From an uncultured virus (IMG/VR IMGVR_UViG_3300042317_001798) (taxonomy: Duplodnaviria > Heunggongvirae > Uroviricota > Caudoviricetes), in the IMG/VR virus record IMGVR_UViG_3300042317_001798, positions 1-64,000 of that record: a DNA stretch of 64,000 bases; one strand, given 5' to 3'. The translations under genes and the position numbers were made by a program. The notes beneath the pieces are model-generated. The model worked only from the letters and a program-made list of their open reading frames with translations, was not told the DNA's origin and did not search any database. Below are positions 45,272 to 54,791 of the stretch, piece after piece. The stretch's first letter is position 1. Each line of letters opens with the position of its first letter.

Positions 45272-46048
45272 TTATGCCGAAAGGTCTCCGATGAGCACCC
45301 AGGTGTCAGCTGCTCTTTTTATCAGCGTAGCACCTGACCACTGCGCTCGCATTTTGCGTCCAGGTGTTGCGTTAATGGTCACCCCTGAACCCTGCGTAAC
45401 AGTGCACTGACCTGCCCCTGTTTGAATAACCGTGATATGCGTTCCAGTTGCAAAAAACACCGATGAATCAGGGGGGACTGTCAAGGTATTAGCTGTGGCA
45501 ACGTTCATCTCGATAATCTTATTTCTATCCGAAAGAACAAGCGTGTAGCTAGCCGCCTGAGCGTTTGTCAATGGTTCTGCTAACTTATTCCTTCCTATAC
45601 CAGCGTCGGATGAAATGTCACCATCGACTATTGTGCCGTCTTCAATCATGTACGAAGTAATGACCGCTTGGTCGGTTAGAACAACCGCTGTTCCAGCAAT
45701 TTTTTCTGGGTTGATTTCTGCGCCGTTGGCAATATGAGTATCGCTAATAGCGTCATCAATAATCGTCAGTGAACCTGTGTGGAACAATTGCACGTCTCCG
45801 GATATGGCGGTTGAAGTAGCAACACCGGATGAGTTATACATAACAATCTTGCCAGGGTCACTATCTACAAGTCTGTTGAGAGGGACGGAATCCTCGGTTA
45901 GAGACGAACCAGCAACAGCGCCCGAAGAAAACATTGCTGATGGGATTGTTACAAGAACCCAACCAGAACCGTTGAAGGTCCAGGTCTTACCCGAACTTAC
46001 GTGAAGGTCGCCTGATTGTGCACCTGATGGAAAGTCAATTGCTGGCAT
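45272..46048 (-). CDS. Fibre-like protein 2 with shared C-terminal adaptor domain
   Basis: Ends ...ATLIKRAADTWVLIGDLSA; start moved to ATG 46048. Confidence 0.75.
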   Translation of the reverse strand: MPAIDFPSGAQSGDLHVSSGKTWTFNGSGWVLVTIPSAMFSSGAVAGSSLTEDSVPLNRLVDSDPGKIVMYNSSGVATSTAISGDVQLFHTGSLTIIDDAISDTHIANGAEINPEKIAGTAVVLTDQAVITSYMIEDGTIVDGDISSDAGIGRNKLAEPLTNAQAASYTLVLSDRNKIIEMNVATANTLTVPPDSSVFFATGTHITVIQTGAGQCTVTQGSGVTINATPGRKMRAQWSGATLIKRAADTWVLIGDLSA

Positions 46049-46050
46049 GT

Positions 46051-48816
46051 TTAGGCCTGTGCTTCCGTCCAAGATAGACGGGCAAACACGGTTGCTGATG
46101 CCGAACCGATGTTTCTAGCAACAATATGCAGCGTGTCTGGTCCGTCTGGATATATACCTGTTGTTGTTGATGTCGTACCGCCACCAAGAACAGAGTTGCC
46201 AAGGTCACGAACGTCCTCAAGGCTAATCTGAACACCACCAATACCACCAGTGAAGAAACCGCCAGTAACTTCACCACCGCTCACTTGAGCATCAACTGCG
46301 GAATAATCTGCAATTTGAGCCAAGCTCGAGGTAACTGTGGTCGGTTTTGACCATGTTCTTGAAACGGTCGGAACTCCGTTGAGAATCGCCGTGATTAGAA
46401 GGTTTGACGTACTTGAAGTTGTCGTTACGTCCAGGTTGCGGAGTACGAGTTGCATTCTGTTCACCAGCTCACGCTCACCGAAAGCAGCCGATGTTCCATT
46501 ATCTGCCGACGGTGACACACGTATAGCCAATAGTGCTTTTGTTGCGCCAGACGCAATCGCGATACCGGTTGTCTGGCCATATGTAAACACGAGCGATTTG
46601 TCGTCATCGAATCTTCCGTCCATAATCGCTGAGGTTCCCCAGTGAGAAATGGAAGGAGCATAAGTTGGGAATGCCAACTCAACGCCCACTGGATTTGATG
46701 CTGAGTATGTGAATGCAAGTGCCGCATTTGTACCCATCGGAATTGCGCTTACTGTTGGGTTCGCGCCAGTTACTGCCGCGCTCAGTTTGATATTGTTTCC
46801 AGAAATTTGCTGAATAAACGTACCATCAGGCACGTCTGTTCCAGTAACTCTCTGACCAACTTGTAATCCGGAGTTGGAGGCCACTGTTCCGTCGTTGGCT
46901 CCAGCCGCAATTGTTATGGCAAGGGAAGCGTTTCCTGTTTGCTGTCTTGTTAGACCAGTGAACGTTGTAGCAGTCTTTCCTGTGTAGTTAATAAATTCAT
47001 AACCAGTTGCCGTATTGAATACACACAATGTGCCGGCACTTGGAAATCCAGTCGTACTGCCAACATTCATGGTCGTTGTTTCAGAATCGGATAATGTTCC
47101 GGTTAGCTGAGTGTGTGGTGGCTGACTAAGACTTTCGTATCTTGCTGGAAGGTTTCCAGAGCGCATATACGCTTCAGCGTTTGTATTGTTATTAACTATT
47201 TTATGGGCGTACGTTACTTTTCCGTCTTTTGCCCGCATTCCCCAGCGAATAAAACCAGCACCATACCACGAATAGTCAATGTAGAACATCTGCATTCTTG
47301 AAAGGTCAACGTTGTAGCCGGAAGCTCCCGTTCCGTCGAACTTGTCTAGATTCCATTCAGCTTGTGGATACTTTGTGTCCACTGTTTTGGAAACTGAAAC
47401 CATGGTTGAAGTAGAACCACGCCATGCTGGGCTAATTGTCATCGATGTATTGCTTGCAATATCTGTAACCCTGTATGACATGCCTCGAGCAACGATGTAA
47501 TCTCCGATTTCTAGCTGTCCTGCATATCTCGTTGGGAACGCTGCGTTTGTTTGAGTCACGGTGCATGAGCCATTTGTGAATGATGACTTACCAGAAATCT
47601 GGAATGTTGATGAACGTTTTACGGCCCACAACGTTTGCCCGTCAAATTCAAAGAACACTCCGTTTTGGTCGTCAAACAAACCAATTCTGTTTACGTTTCC
47701 ATACCAACCTGCAACGGTAATGTAATAAGGACCAGAAGCAAGAACGTTCGTTCCAGTCGAAGTTGCTGGAGTATACGTAAATGTATTGTACCCAGTAATC
47801 GTATAAACGGTTGTTGTACCGTTAAAGATTGCCTCATTGGCGCCAAAAATAGTTATTGTCGAGCCTGGGTAGAGGTTGTGCTTCTCTTTGGTTTGCACAG
47901 TTACCAAGTTTGTTGATGAGTTGTAGTTGAGTTGGTCCAGCTGAAGGTCTGGTTTAAGGAGCGTTCCAGATGACATCTGGATTCCCTTTCCTGACTGATA
48001 ACGGAAGTAACGACGTGTTTGACGTGTGGCTAGTTCGTAGTTTGAAGTTCCATTATTTGAGAAGATAACTCCACCATCAAAAGGTCTGTGCAGGAAGTTG
48101 CCCGATGGAGCCACATATACAGATGCCGACGATGCAGTCAATGTTCCAGTTGGAGCAACTGGTGCATGATAAACAAACTGTGTTGAGCTTATAATTCTTG
48201 AAACAAAGTTCGCACCGTTTGGAGGATTTGAGCCAGATGTTGTAATTCCTGTTACAGCAACTTCGTTGCCTATCGAAAGACCATGCGGGATTGTTGTTGT
48301 CACCGTAACAGCTGTTCCAGAATATGAAACAGTTGGAGCTCCACCAATTTTTGCGTTTGTAAAAATAACACCAGTAAAAATTGCAGTTTTGTTTGCATCA
48401 AGAATTGATGTCAGTGCTCCAGTATTGACAGCTTTACCTGTATAGGTAAATGACGTGTTGGTGGTTACAGACTCAATAAGGTAGGCACCGTTAGCAATTG
48501 ATAGCTGCGTATCTCTGACGGTAATTGGTGTCCCAACAGCAAGTCCGGTTGTGTCGGTGAGTGAAACGGTAACTGTTCTCGACGATGTATTCATCGTAAT
48601 CGCAGTAATTGTTGTTACCGGACTTGACGAGTCATAAATAAACGGGCGCGCACCTACTGTCGTTAGGTTTTCCCACTTTGAAATTTGAGTTCCGTATTCA
48701 AAGTCGGTGTCAATCAGTGACTGTGGCTGGGATACGCGGAGCTTCTGTACTGGGTCGTACAGCACTTCCTCTGGAGTAATCGGCGTCAAGCCAGGAGGTA
48801 TTTGATTAAGACCCAT
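46051..48816 (-). CDS. Large beta-rich virion structural protein
   Basis: 921 aa, Thr-rich; TTTIPHGL repeats, RQTRRYFRYQSGKG and IDYSWYGAG motifs typical of aquatic phage structural proteins. Confidence 0.7.
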   Translation of the reverse strand: MGLNQIPPGLTPITPEEVLYDPVQKLRVSQPQSLIDTDFEYGTQISKWENLTTVGARPFIYDSSSPVTTITAITMNTSSRTVTVSLTDTTGLAVGTPITVRDTQLSIANGAYLIESVTTNTSFTYTGKAVNTGALTSILDANKTAIFTGVIFTNAKIGGAPTVSYSGTAVTVTTTIPHGLSIGNEVAVTGITTSGSNPPNGANFVSRIISSTQFVYHAPVAPTGTLTASSASVYVAPSGNFLHRPFDGGVIFSNNGTSNYELATRQTRRYFRYQSGKGIQMSSGTLLKPDLQLDQLNYNSSTNLVTVQTKEKHNLYPGSTITIFGANEAIFNGTTTVYTITGYNTFTYTPATSTGTNVLASGPYYITVAGWYGNVNRIGLFDDQNGVFFEFDGQTLWAVKRSSTFQISGKSSFTNGSCTVTQTNAAFPTRYAGQLEIGDYIVARGMSYRVTDIASNTSMTISPAWRGSTSTMVSVSKTVDTKYPQAEWNLDKFDGTGASGYNVDLSRMQMFYIDYSWYGAGFIRWGMRAKDGKVTYAHKIVNNNTNAEAYMRSGNLPARYESLSQPPHTQLTGTLSDSETTTMNVGSTTGFPSAGTLCVFNTATGYEFINYTGKTATTFTGLTRQQTGNASLAITIAAGANDGTVASNSGLQVGQRVTGTDVPDGTFIQQISGNNIKLSAAVTGANPTVSAIPMGTNAALAFTYSASNPVGVELAFPTYAPSISHWGTSAIMDGRFDDDKSLVFTYGQTTGIAIASGATKALLAIRVSPSADNGTSAAFGERELVNRMQLVLRNLDVTTTSSTSNLLITAILNGVPTVSRTWSKPTTVTSSLAQIADYSAVDAQVSGGEVTGGFFTGGIGGVQISLEDVRDLGNSVLGGGTTSTTTGIYPDGPDTLHIVARNIGSASATVFARLSWTEAQA

Positions 48817-49127
48817 TACGCTATCTCCATCCCGCTGATGTGAAATTTAATATCAGTTGAGTTTGCATTTCCAGTAATTGTGTCGCCAGCCGCAAGAACC
48901 TGCTTTAGGTCAAGCGAAATAACCGAATTTCCTGGTATCTCCAAGGTTGGAACAAGAGGAATTCCGTCGAGATTGAGCGAGTATGTTCCTCCAGCTACGG
49001 CGTTATTGGCCACAACAACATTAGTTACTACAGTGGTCGTCAGGGACGGCACGGTATAAAGCGTTGTCGCCGGGGTAGTGTAAACAGTTGCAGCGCCCCT
49101 GAATAGGACCTTAGCTGTATTAGCCAT
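48816..49127 (-). CDS. Small structural/adaptor protein
   Basis: 103 aa, TTLYTVP...VVAN...HISGMEI; coupled to the next gene. Confidence 0.65.
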   Translation of the reverse strand: MANTAKVLFRGAATVYTTPATTLYTVPSLTTTVVTNVVVANNAVAGGTYSLNLDGIPLVPTLEIPGNSVISLDLKQVLAAGDTITGNANSTDIKFHISGMEIA

Positions 49128-49143
49128 TTATTGCTCCAGTCAT

Positions 49144-52100
49144 TTAGAACGCTCCCATGATAGACGCTACGTTGACGTCGTCGGTGCTAGTCGAGCGAGA
49201 TACAAGCACCCATGAACCGTTGTAATACACAAATACTTCGTTTGTCGTGTTTTTAAACCAGAACTGTCCGTTGGCCGGATTTTCTGGAGAGCTAGACCCA
49301 ATGACTGCACCAATTCCAGAAGCACCAATTTCAATCCAGTAGGAATCGTAATAAACAAACGTTATGGCCGAGTCCGTCTCAAACCAGAAGTCTCCATCGT
49401 CTGGGGCTGCTGGAGGGGTAGTCCCCAGCGTCATTTTTGCGCCCTGGTCAATTATTTTATAGGTGCTTCCATCTCTGGTGGATTCCCATCTATCCAGCGT
49501 TTCGTTCCATCTAATTTCAACGCTTGCGCTTGAACCTCTGTCAATTTTTATTGCTCCGTTAAGAGTTGGAGCGCCAACCGTGCCAGCATTAAGAACAATC
49601 TCGCCGCTGGCAACATTTAGGGATGCTTGATTAGTTACTTCCTGGTTTGTTGCAAAAAGGTTAGTTACGACAAGTGTGTCGAATTGCACGGATGCACTAG
49701 TACCGACAGCTTGTCCAATGGAAATTGTTGGAGTGGCAGATTCCCCAGAGTTGTCCGTAATCGTTATACCTGTTCCAGCAACCAGATTGGCTACATAGTT
49801 GCCAGTTGTGTCGGTTCCCATTACTACGGAGTTTGGTTGAATCGCTGTCGACATTGTCACATTGCCAAGGTCGGTGAAAGTCACCGAACCAGAAACATCA
49901 CCAGAAAGCGTCAGAATTGGCGATACACCAGTAATAACTGGGCTAGTTAAAGTTTTGTTTGTTAACGTATCCGTGGTATTAGTACCGACAAGAGTCGTTG
50001 TTGCATCTGGGAAAGAAATAACCCTGTCTGCTGTTGGGTTTGCAAATGTGATTACTGTTTCAAATTCGTCTGGCGTTGAGCCTTCAAAAGTAATGCCTCC
50101 GCCAAATTTGACTTCCGGGCTTCCAGACGAGATTGACGAAGAAGGGGTTTCGACGGGTGTGTATCTGAACTGATACGCAGATGTTACTTGAGCAACAGTG
50201 AAGCTGCCGTTGTAGCCTTCTTGTGTCGCTCCAGAAACCGTAATCCTTGCTCCGACATAAAGGCCGTGCTCGGAAAGAGTATTCACGGTGGCAAGATTGG
50301 TTCCAGCGTTATAGGTAAGGTTTCCGTTGACGGTTAGGTTTGTATTGCCTATTGAAAGGCCAGCAAACTGTGGTGAATCTCCAGAGCCAACAGATTGACC
50401 AATACTTATAGTTGGTGTTCCTGCTTCCTGTGCGACGCCGTTTGTCAGCGACACGCCAGTTCCGGCTATAACCGAGGCAACATAGTTTCCGCTCGTATCG
50501 GTATTGAGGTCAACCAAATCAGGGACCCAGGCTGTCCCATTGTATTTCAGGAATTGATTAGCAGTTGGCGTTGGTGCAGTGACGTCCGAAAGGCCGTCTA
50601 TACCATGATTGGATATTGAAGAAACTGTTGCGGCGTTTCCGGATATGCTTCCGTCCACAGAGCCAGTCACATTTCCAATCAAATTTCCAGTTACGTTTCC
50701 TAAAACGTTTCCTGTTACGTTTCCAAGAAGGTTTCCGCTAACGCTTCCAGTAACATCTCCTATGACATTTCCGGTTAGGTTTCCTGTCACGTCTCCGACA
50801 TGCAAACCAGTAGACTGTCCGGCCAGTGTTCCGATAACATCTCCGGTTAATGTTCCATAGAACCCACCACTAGCACTACCGTCTAACGCCCCAAAAACCG
50901 TTCCTGTTAAATCACCAACAACATTTCCGGTATGTGTGCCGATTAGATTTCCGTGAAATTCGGAGGCATATATATTGTTATTGGCGGTTATATCTTCAAA
51001 GAAAATCGGATTAAGCAAATCTGCTTTATCGTTTATTTGTTCTTGAATATTTGCGCTCGCGCTACTGAGGTAATCGAGCTGGAGTTTGGTCGTTGTTAAT
51101 TCAAATAGCTTGTTCAGGTCTGACGTCGTTGCTTGGAGGCCTGTTATGTCTTCGACTCCAAGACTTATGCTTGCTGAACCATCAAACAGTTTTGTTCCAA
51201 TAAACACTGGCTGGGTAATTGAATTTGCCTGTTCGGCAATCCCATTTAAATAGCCAGTAATTCCTGCAAAAACAACGCTTGCGCTTGGTGCGACATCCTG
51301 ACCAATTGAAAGCTGATTTCCAAATTTTGTAATACCAGTTCCTGCGAGAATTGGTGCTGTTCCGGAAAATTGTGTAAATGATATTGCGTCTGTTCCAATG
51401 ACATGTTCGCCATCGGTTCCGGTGCCAGAAGTAAATACAAGAAATCCTTGATTTGCATTTGCCGAACCAGTCGAGACGTATAATGCGTCTCCTGCGTGTG
51501 GAGTTGCGAAATGAGTACTACCATCAAAGTCATCAGAACGAGTAAGCACCCACGGAACGGAGACGCTTCCCTGAGTTGTTACATCGTAAACTCCGTTATG
51601 GACAGCGTTTGCTTGATTTTTTACAAGAATTCTATTTCCAGTTGAAGCATTAGTTCCATCCACGACAAGTCGCGCATTTGCTCCAGCAGTTAGAGTTGCC
51701 CCAATTCCATCAATGCTGTTGTCATAGGTCGGGTTGTTTGGCAAAGCTGCATCAGTGGCAAGTGTGGCAAATTCATGCCAGTTAATTGACGCTGCTATTC
51801 CGTCAACATAGGCTTTTGTTGCGACATGTTTATCATCGACTGGCAGGTTGTTAATTGTTGCTTGAGCAAATGTTGGTGAAGCAGTTGTTGCAACGCTCTG
51901 GGGGATTGAAATTGTTGGCGTCGAACCAGAACCTGAGTTTCCGGTTATTGTTAGGCCTGTGCCAGCAACAAGGGACTGAACATATGATGTGCTGTCTAGT
52001 GAACCGTAAAAATAATCAAGCTCAGTCCAAGAACTAGTCCCATCACCAAGCTTTATCTTGCCAGTGTCGGACTCTAGGCCTATTTCTCCAGCGGAGAGTA

Positions 52101-52164
52101 CTGGGTCAACCGATGTCCATGTAGCTGCGAGGTCACGACGGAAAAGTATCTTTTTATACGCCAT
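49144..52164 (-). CDS. Long tail fibre with Mtd-N/hyaluronidase-type N-terminus
   Basis: RRDLAATWTSVDPVLSAGEIGLESDTGKIKLGDG; ATKAYVD; Gxxx and AGTG repeats. Confidence 0.8.
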   Translation of the reverse strand: MAYKKILFRRDLAATWTSVDPVLSAGEIGLESDTGKIKLGDGTSSWTELDYFYGSLDSTSYVQSLVAGTGLTITGNSGSGSTPTISIPQSVATTASPTFAQATINNLPVDDKHVATKAYVDGIAASINWHEFATLATDAALPNNPTYDNSIDGIGATLTAGANARLVVDGTNASTGNRILVKNQANAVHNGVYDVTTQGSVSVPWVLTRSDDFDGSTHFATPHAGDALYVSTGSANANQGFLVFTSGTGTDGEHVIGTDAISFTQFSGTAPILAGTGITKFGNQLSIGQDVAPSASVVFAGITGYLNGIAEQANSITQPVFIGTKLFDGSASISLGVEDITGLQATTSDLNKLFELTTTKLQLDYLSSASANIQEQINDKADLLNPIFFEDITANNNIYASEFHGNLIGTHTGNVVGDLTGTVFGALDGSASGGFYGTLTGDVIGTLAGQSTGLHVGDVTGNLTGNVIGDVTGSVSGNLLGNVTGNVLGNVTGNLIGNVTGSVDGSISGNAATVSSISNHGIDGLSDVTAPTPTANQFLKYNGTAWVPDLVDLNTDTSGNYVASVIAGTGVSLTNGVAQEAGTPTISIGQSVGSGDSPQFAGLSIGNTNLTVNGNLTYNAGTNLATVNTLSEHGLYVGARITVSGATQEGYNGSFTVAQVTSAYQFRYTPVETPSSSISSGSPEVKFGGGITFEGSTPDEFETVITFANPTADRVISFPDATTTLVGTNTTDTLTNKTLTSPVITGVSPILTLSGDVSGSVTFTDLGNVTMSTAIQPNSVVMGTDTTGNYVANLVAGTGITITDNSGESATPTISIGQAVGTSASVQFDTLVVTNLFATNQEVTNQASLNVASGEIVLNAGTVGAPTLNGAIKIDRGSSASVEIRWNETLDRWESTRDGSTYKIIDQGAKMTLGTTPPAAPDDGDFWFETDSAITFVYYDSYWIEIGASGIGAVIGSSSPENPANGQFWFKNTTNEVFVYYNGSWVLVSRSTSTDDVNVASIMGAF
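50638..50952 (-). repeat. G-x-x-x tetrapeptide repeat (GNVT-type) in the fibre
   Basis: About 105 aa with Gly at every fourth residue. Confidence 0.85.
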
Positions 52165-52346
52165 TAAGCATCGCCTCCGTCAGCAACCTGTGAATCGCTT
52201 GCCTCGTCAATTTCAATATTGGCAAATCCACCGTCAATTATTGCAGATTTAAATCTTTGCCAACGGAACCCGTTCCAGCTCCAGGATTTACCTGCAACAG
52301 AAAATTCGTCATTTATTGACGGTGATGAAGGGAATACGATTGGCAT
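52164..52346 (-). CDS. Small fibre-associated protein
   Basis: MPIVFPSSP...GKSWSWNG resembles the N-terminus of 45272-46048; TAATG-coupled to the fibre gene. Confidence 0.65.
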   Translation of the reverse strand: MPIVFPSSPSINDEFSVAGKSWSWNGFRWQRFKSAIIDGGFANIEIDEASDSQVADGGDA

Positions 52347-52408
52347 ACGGCCAATTATCTCACAAGACGGTCTTTAATCGGCTCTAATCTGTTTTTTTCG
52401 CTAGCTTT

Positions 52409-52996
52409 TTACCACCAGTTGGCGATTGAGTACTTGATGCCACTGATTACTGGTTTTGCCTCATGCCTGAATGGTGCTCCAGATGGAAAAATTACAACAT
52501 CCCCTGCTACTGGCTGATATGTGAAATTTAAATCCTGAAAATACAGTTCGCCACCTTCGTAATTGTCGTTTAGGTATGCAACTGCAGAGGCGTAGCGTCT
52601 GGTTTTTTCACCATCATCAAGGTGAGATACATAATGCTCACCAATTGCATATTTTAGTATTTGGTATCCATTTGTGGATTGGAACTTGATTGAAAGACCA
52701 AATTTTGCCGCAAAGTTTTGGACACAAGGAAGGATGTATTCGTGAATTTTATTCGCCAGCATAACCTCTGCCGACGACTCGTCTCCCCTTTGAGTTGGCG
52801 TTGGAGTGAACATCAATTGGTTTGTTCTTACTTCAGAAACAAATACCTTCCCCTCGGTGTCAATTACTGTCGATTTAGTCCAATCGCCTCGGCTGTCTTT
52901 CGAGATGCTTAACAGCTCAGAGGCTTCTATTATCTCAGAGGGGTTGATAATTACATTTCTGTAAACACATACGCCATTCACATTGATGTACTTCAT
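52409..52996 (-). CDS. Prolyl 4-hydroxylase-like 2OG-Fe(II) oxygenase
   Basis: VRTN...YQILKYAIGEHYVSHLD...YLNDNYEGGEL...HEA...GIKY. Confidence 0.9.
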   Translation of the reverse strand: MKYINVNGVCVYRNVIINPSEIIEASELLSISKDSRGDWTKSTVIDTEGKVFVSEVRTNQLMFTPTPTQRGDESSAEVMLANKIHEYILPCVQNFAAKFGLSIKFQSTNGYQILKYAIGEHYVSHLDDGEKTRRYASAVAYLNDNYEGGELYFQDLNFTYQPVAGDVVIFPSGAPFRHEAKPVISGIKYSIANWW

Positions 52997-53023
52997 TGCA
53001 AAACCCTTACATTCTGGTTGGGG

Positions 53024-53251
53024 CTACCACTTTTGCAAGGGGCACGTTGCTTCTTGTATCTTCACCTTTAACTTCATGAAGCATCCGCATTCTCTACACT
53101 GGCTGGTGACCGCAAGCAGGCTTGGACATTCTCGGCAAATCGAAAATCTTCTTTCTGCCTCTTCATCTGTGGTTTTTTCTATGTTTGGGTTAACAACATC
53201 CCACGGGCGTGTATCTCCAAGTTTTTTCTTCCACTCTTGATAGGCAGACAT
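53024..53251 (-). CDS. Small CxxC protein (DUF6171-like)
   Basis: RFSICRECP...CRECGCFM...CPLQKW. Confidence 0.85.
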   Translation of the reverse strand: MSAYQEWKKKLGDTRPWDVVNPNIEKTTDEEAERRFSICRECPSLLAVTSQCRECGCFMKLKVKIQEATCPLQKW

Positions 53252-53252
53252 C

Positions 53253-53783
53253 TTACGGCTCTACTGTAAAATCTTTTTCAACCGTATAAAAAACATTGCT
53301 CAAGTGGGTCAGGAACCCTGCTCCAGCTTCGTTTACTGGAACATCTAACACCAATGGGACAGTCAGCGCAGCACGTTCCGCTCTAGGCATGGCTCTAAAT
53401 TCTTCCACTGTGTATCCGTACGCATGAGCTTCTTCGTTAATGAATTTCTCTTCGATGCGAAGAGCCACCTGAGTTGCAATTCCCTTCCCTCTGTGGTCTG
53501 GATGAACCAGCATCAAAAGAGGATGACGAACGCCTGCGTCGTCAACGTATCTAGCAACCACGCAAAGAAGCAGGCCGTCTCCGTCTTGTCTGTAGAGCGT
53601 GAAATAAACATCTCTAGGATTATCGTCGCCAAAAACAGATGGAATTTTTGTTGGTTCAATAAAATCCCTATACCCAGGAATACCAAATTCACCGAATTTG
53701 TTTTCCCAATTAAACCAACCTTGGAATGTGTATTCTGGCTCTGTTGGTTCTCTTGGTGTCCAGATTTCTTCAGCGTTGCTCAT
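53253..53783 (-). CDS. GNAT-family acyltransferase-like protein
   Basis: VHPDHRGKGIAT motif A and NEAG..F. Confidence 0.72.
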   Translation of the reverse strand: MSNAEEIWTPREPTEPEYTFQGWFNWENKFGEFGIPGYRDFIEPTKIPSVFGDDNPRDVYFTLYRQDGDGLLLCVVARYVDDAGVRHPLLMLVHPDHRGKGIATQVALRIEEKFINEEAHAYGYTVEEFRAMPRAERAALTVPLVLDVPVNEAGAGFLTHLSNVFYTVEKDFTVEP

Positions 53784-53819
53784 GATTAAATCCTACTGCA
53801 TTCCTGATTGTTTGTTCGA

Positions 53820-54791
53820 CTAACAACAAATTGGGCCAAGTTTAGGGTCTATAAAGCATCCACCGCAGCATATTCCGCAATCAGGAGGAGGAGCAGGAGG
53901 CGGCGAAGGAGGCGGCGAAGGAGGCGGCGAAGGAGGCGGCGAAGGAGCTGGTGGTGTCACATAACCGCAAACGCCGTTTCTATAAGCTCCGTTGTAGCCA
54001 CCCTCACCAGGGCAAGCTCCTCCACCACAAGTTCCGTATATGTAGTACTCGTAGCTCATTGTTCCGTCGCATGTCCAACCAAAACCGGCTGGGTCTAAAT
54101 GTGAAAACTGACCGTATTGTCTTCTTGCTACACCATCGCACGAGCATGGCGGAGGAGGTGGTGGCCCTGGGACCACTGGTGTTGCTCCACTTGAAACAGC
54201 TGACCTTGTACTCTGACCAGTAGCGTTGACTGCAATAACTGTAAAATAGTATGCGGTTCCATTGCTTAATCCAGTAACGGTATAAGACGTGGATGTCGAA
54301 CCAGTGTTTACAGAGTTTGACCAACTTTGAATAGCAGCAGATGATGTTGACCAGTAAACAATATAACTAGTAATAGCTGCACCGTTATTTGCTGGTTCGC
54401 TCCACGATACAGTTACTTGACCATTACCAGCAGAAACAGTTGGTTGAGCTGGGGCAGTTGGAACTCCTGCAACAAGTGATGAAGATGAAGTTACAGCAGA
54501 TAAAGATTCAACAGAAGACTGAGACTCAATTGTGACTGCTGAAAACGTGTAGCTAACGCCATTGCTTAATCCAGTCAGAGACATGGACCCAGACGTTCCA
54601 CTTGTGGCTTCAGAAACAGAACTTACACCAGTATTTGAAGTAACCCTGAATTTAACTGACCCAGATTTACCTTTGTAACCAGTGTGATTGACGACTATGT
54701 CGCTTGCACCTCCCAGGGCGTTTGGTACAACAGATATCGAGTCTGGTGGGTCAATAAACTTTCCACCACTGGCTTGATTGCCCGGAATCAC
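53820..54791 (-). CDS. FN3 fibre-tip protein with Pro-rich and Cys-rich tail
   Basis: MIPGNQASGGK start; two FN3 domains; P6 linker, 6-Cys segment, SPPP x4, 6-Cys end. Confidence 0.85.
   Translation of the reverse strand: MIPGNQASGGKFIDPPDSISVVPNALGGASDIVVNHTGYKGKSGSVKFRVTSNTGVSSVSEATSGTSGSMSLTGLSNGVSYTFSAVTIESQSSVESLSAVTSSSSLVAGVPTAPAQPTVSAGNGQVTVSWSEPANNGAAITSYIVYWSTSSAAIQSWSNSVNTGSTSTSYTVTGLSNGTAYYFTVIAVNATGQSTRSAVSSGATPVVPGPPPPPPCSCDGVARRQYGQFSHLDPAGFGWTCDGTMSYEYYIYGTCGGGACPGEGGYNGAYRNGVCGYVTPPAPSPPPSPPPSPPPSPPPAPPPDCGICCGGCFIDPKLGPICC
53896..53943 (-). repeat. Perfect 12-nt tandem repeat x4 encoding SPPP
   Basis: (GGAGGCGGCGAA)4 on the + strand. Confidence 0.95.

Noticed and set aside
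52020..52164. Mtd-like N-terminus suggesting a diversity-generating retroelement
   Set aside because: No reverse transcriptase and no adenine-mismatched TR/VR pair noticed in the window; this N-terminal domain is common in ordinary fibres.
53808..54098. + strand poly-Arg ORF
   Set aside because: Antisense reading of the SPPP repeat.
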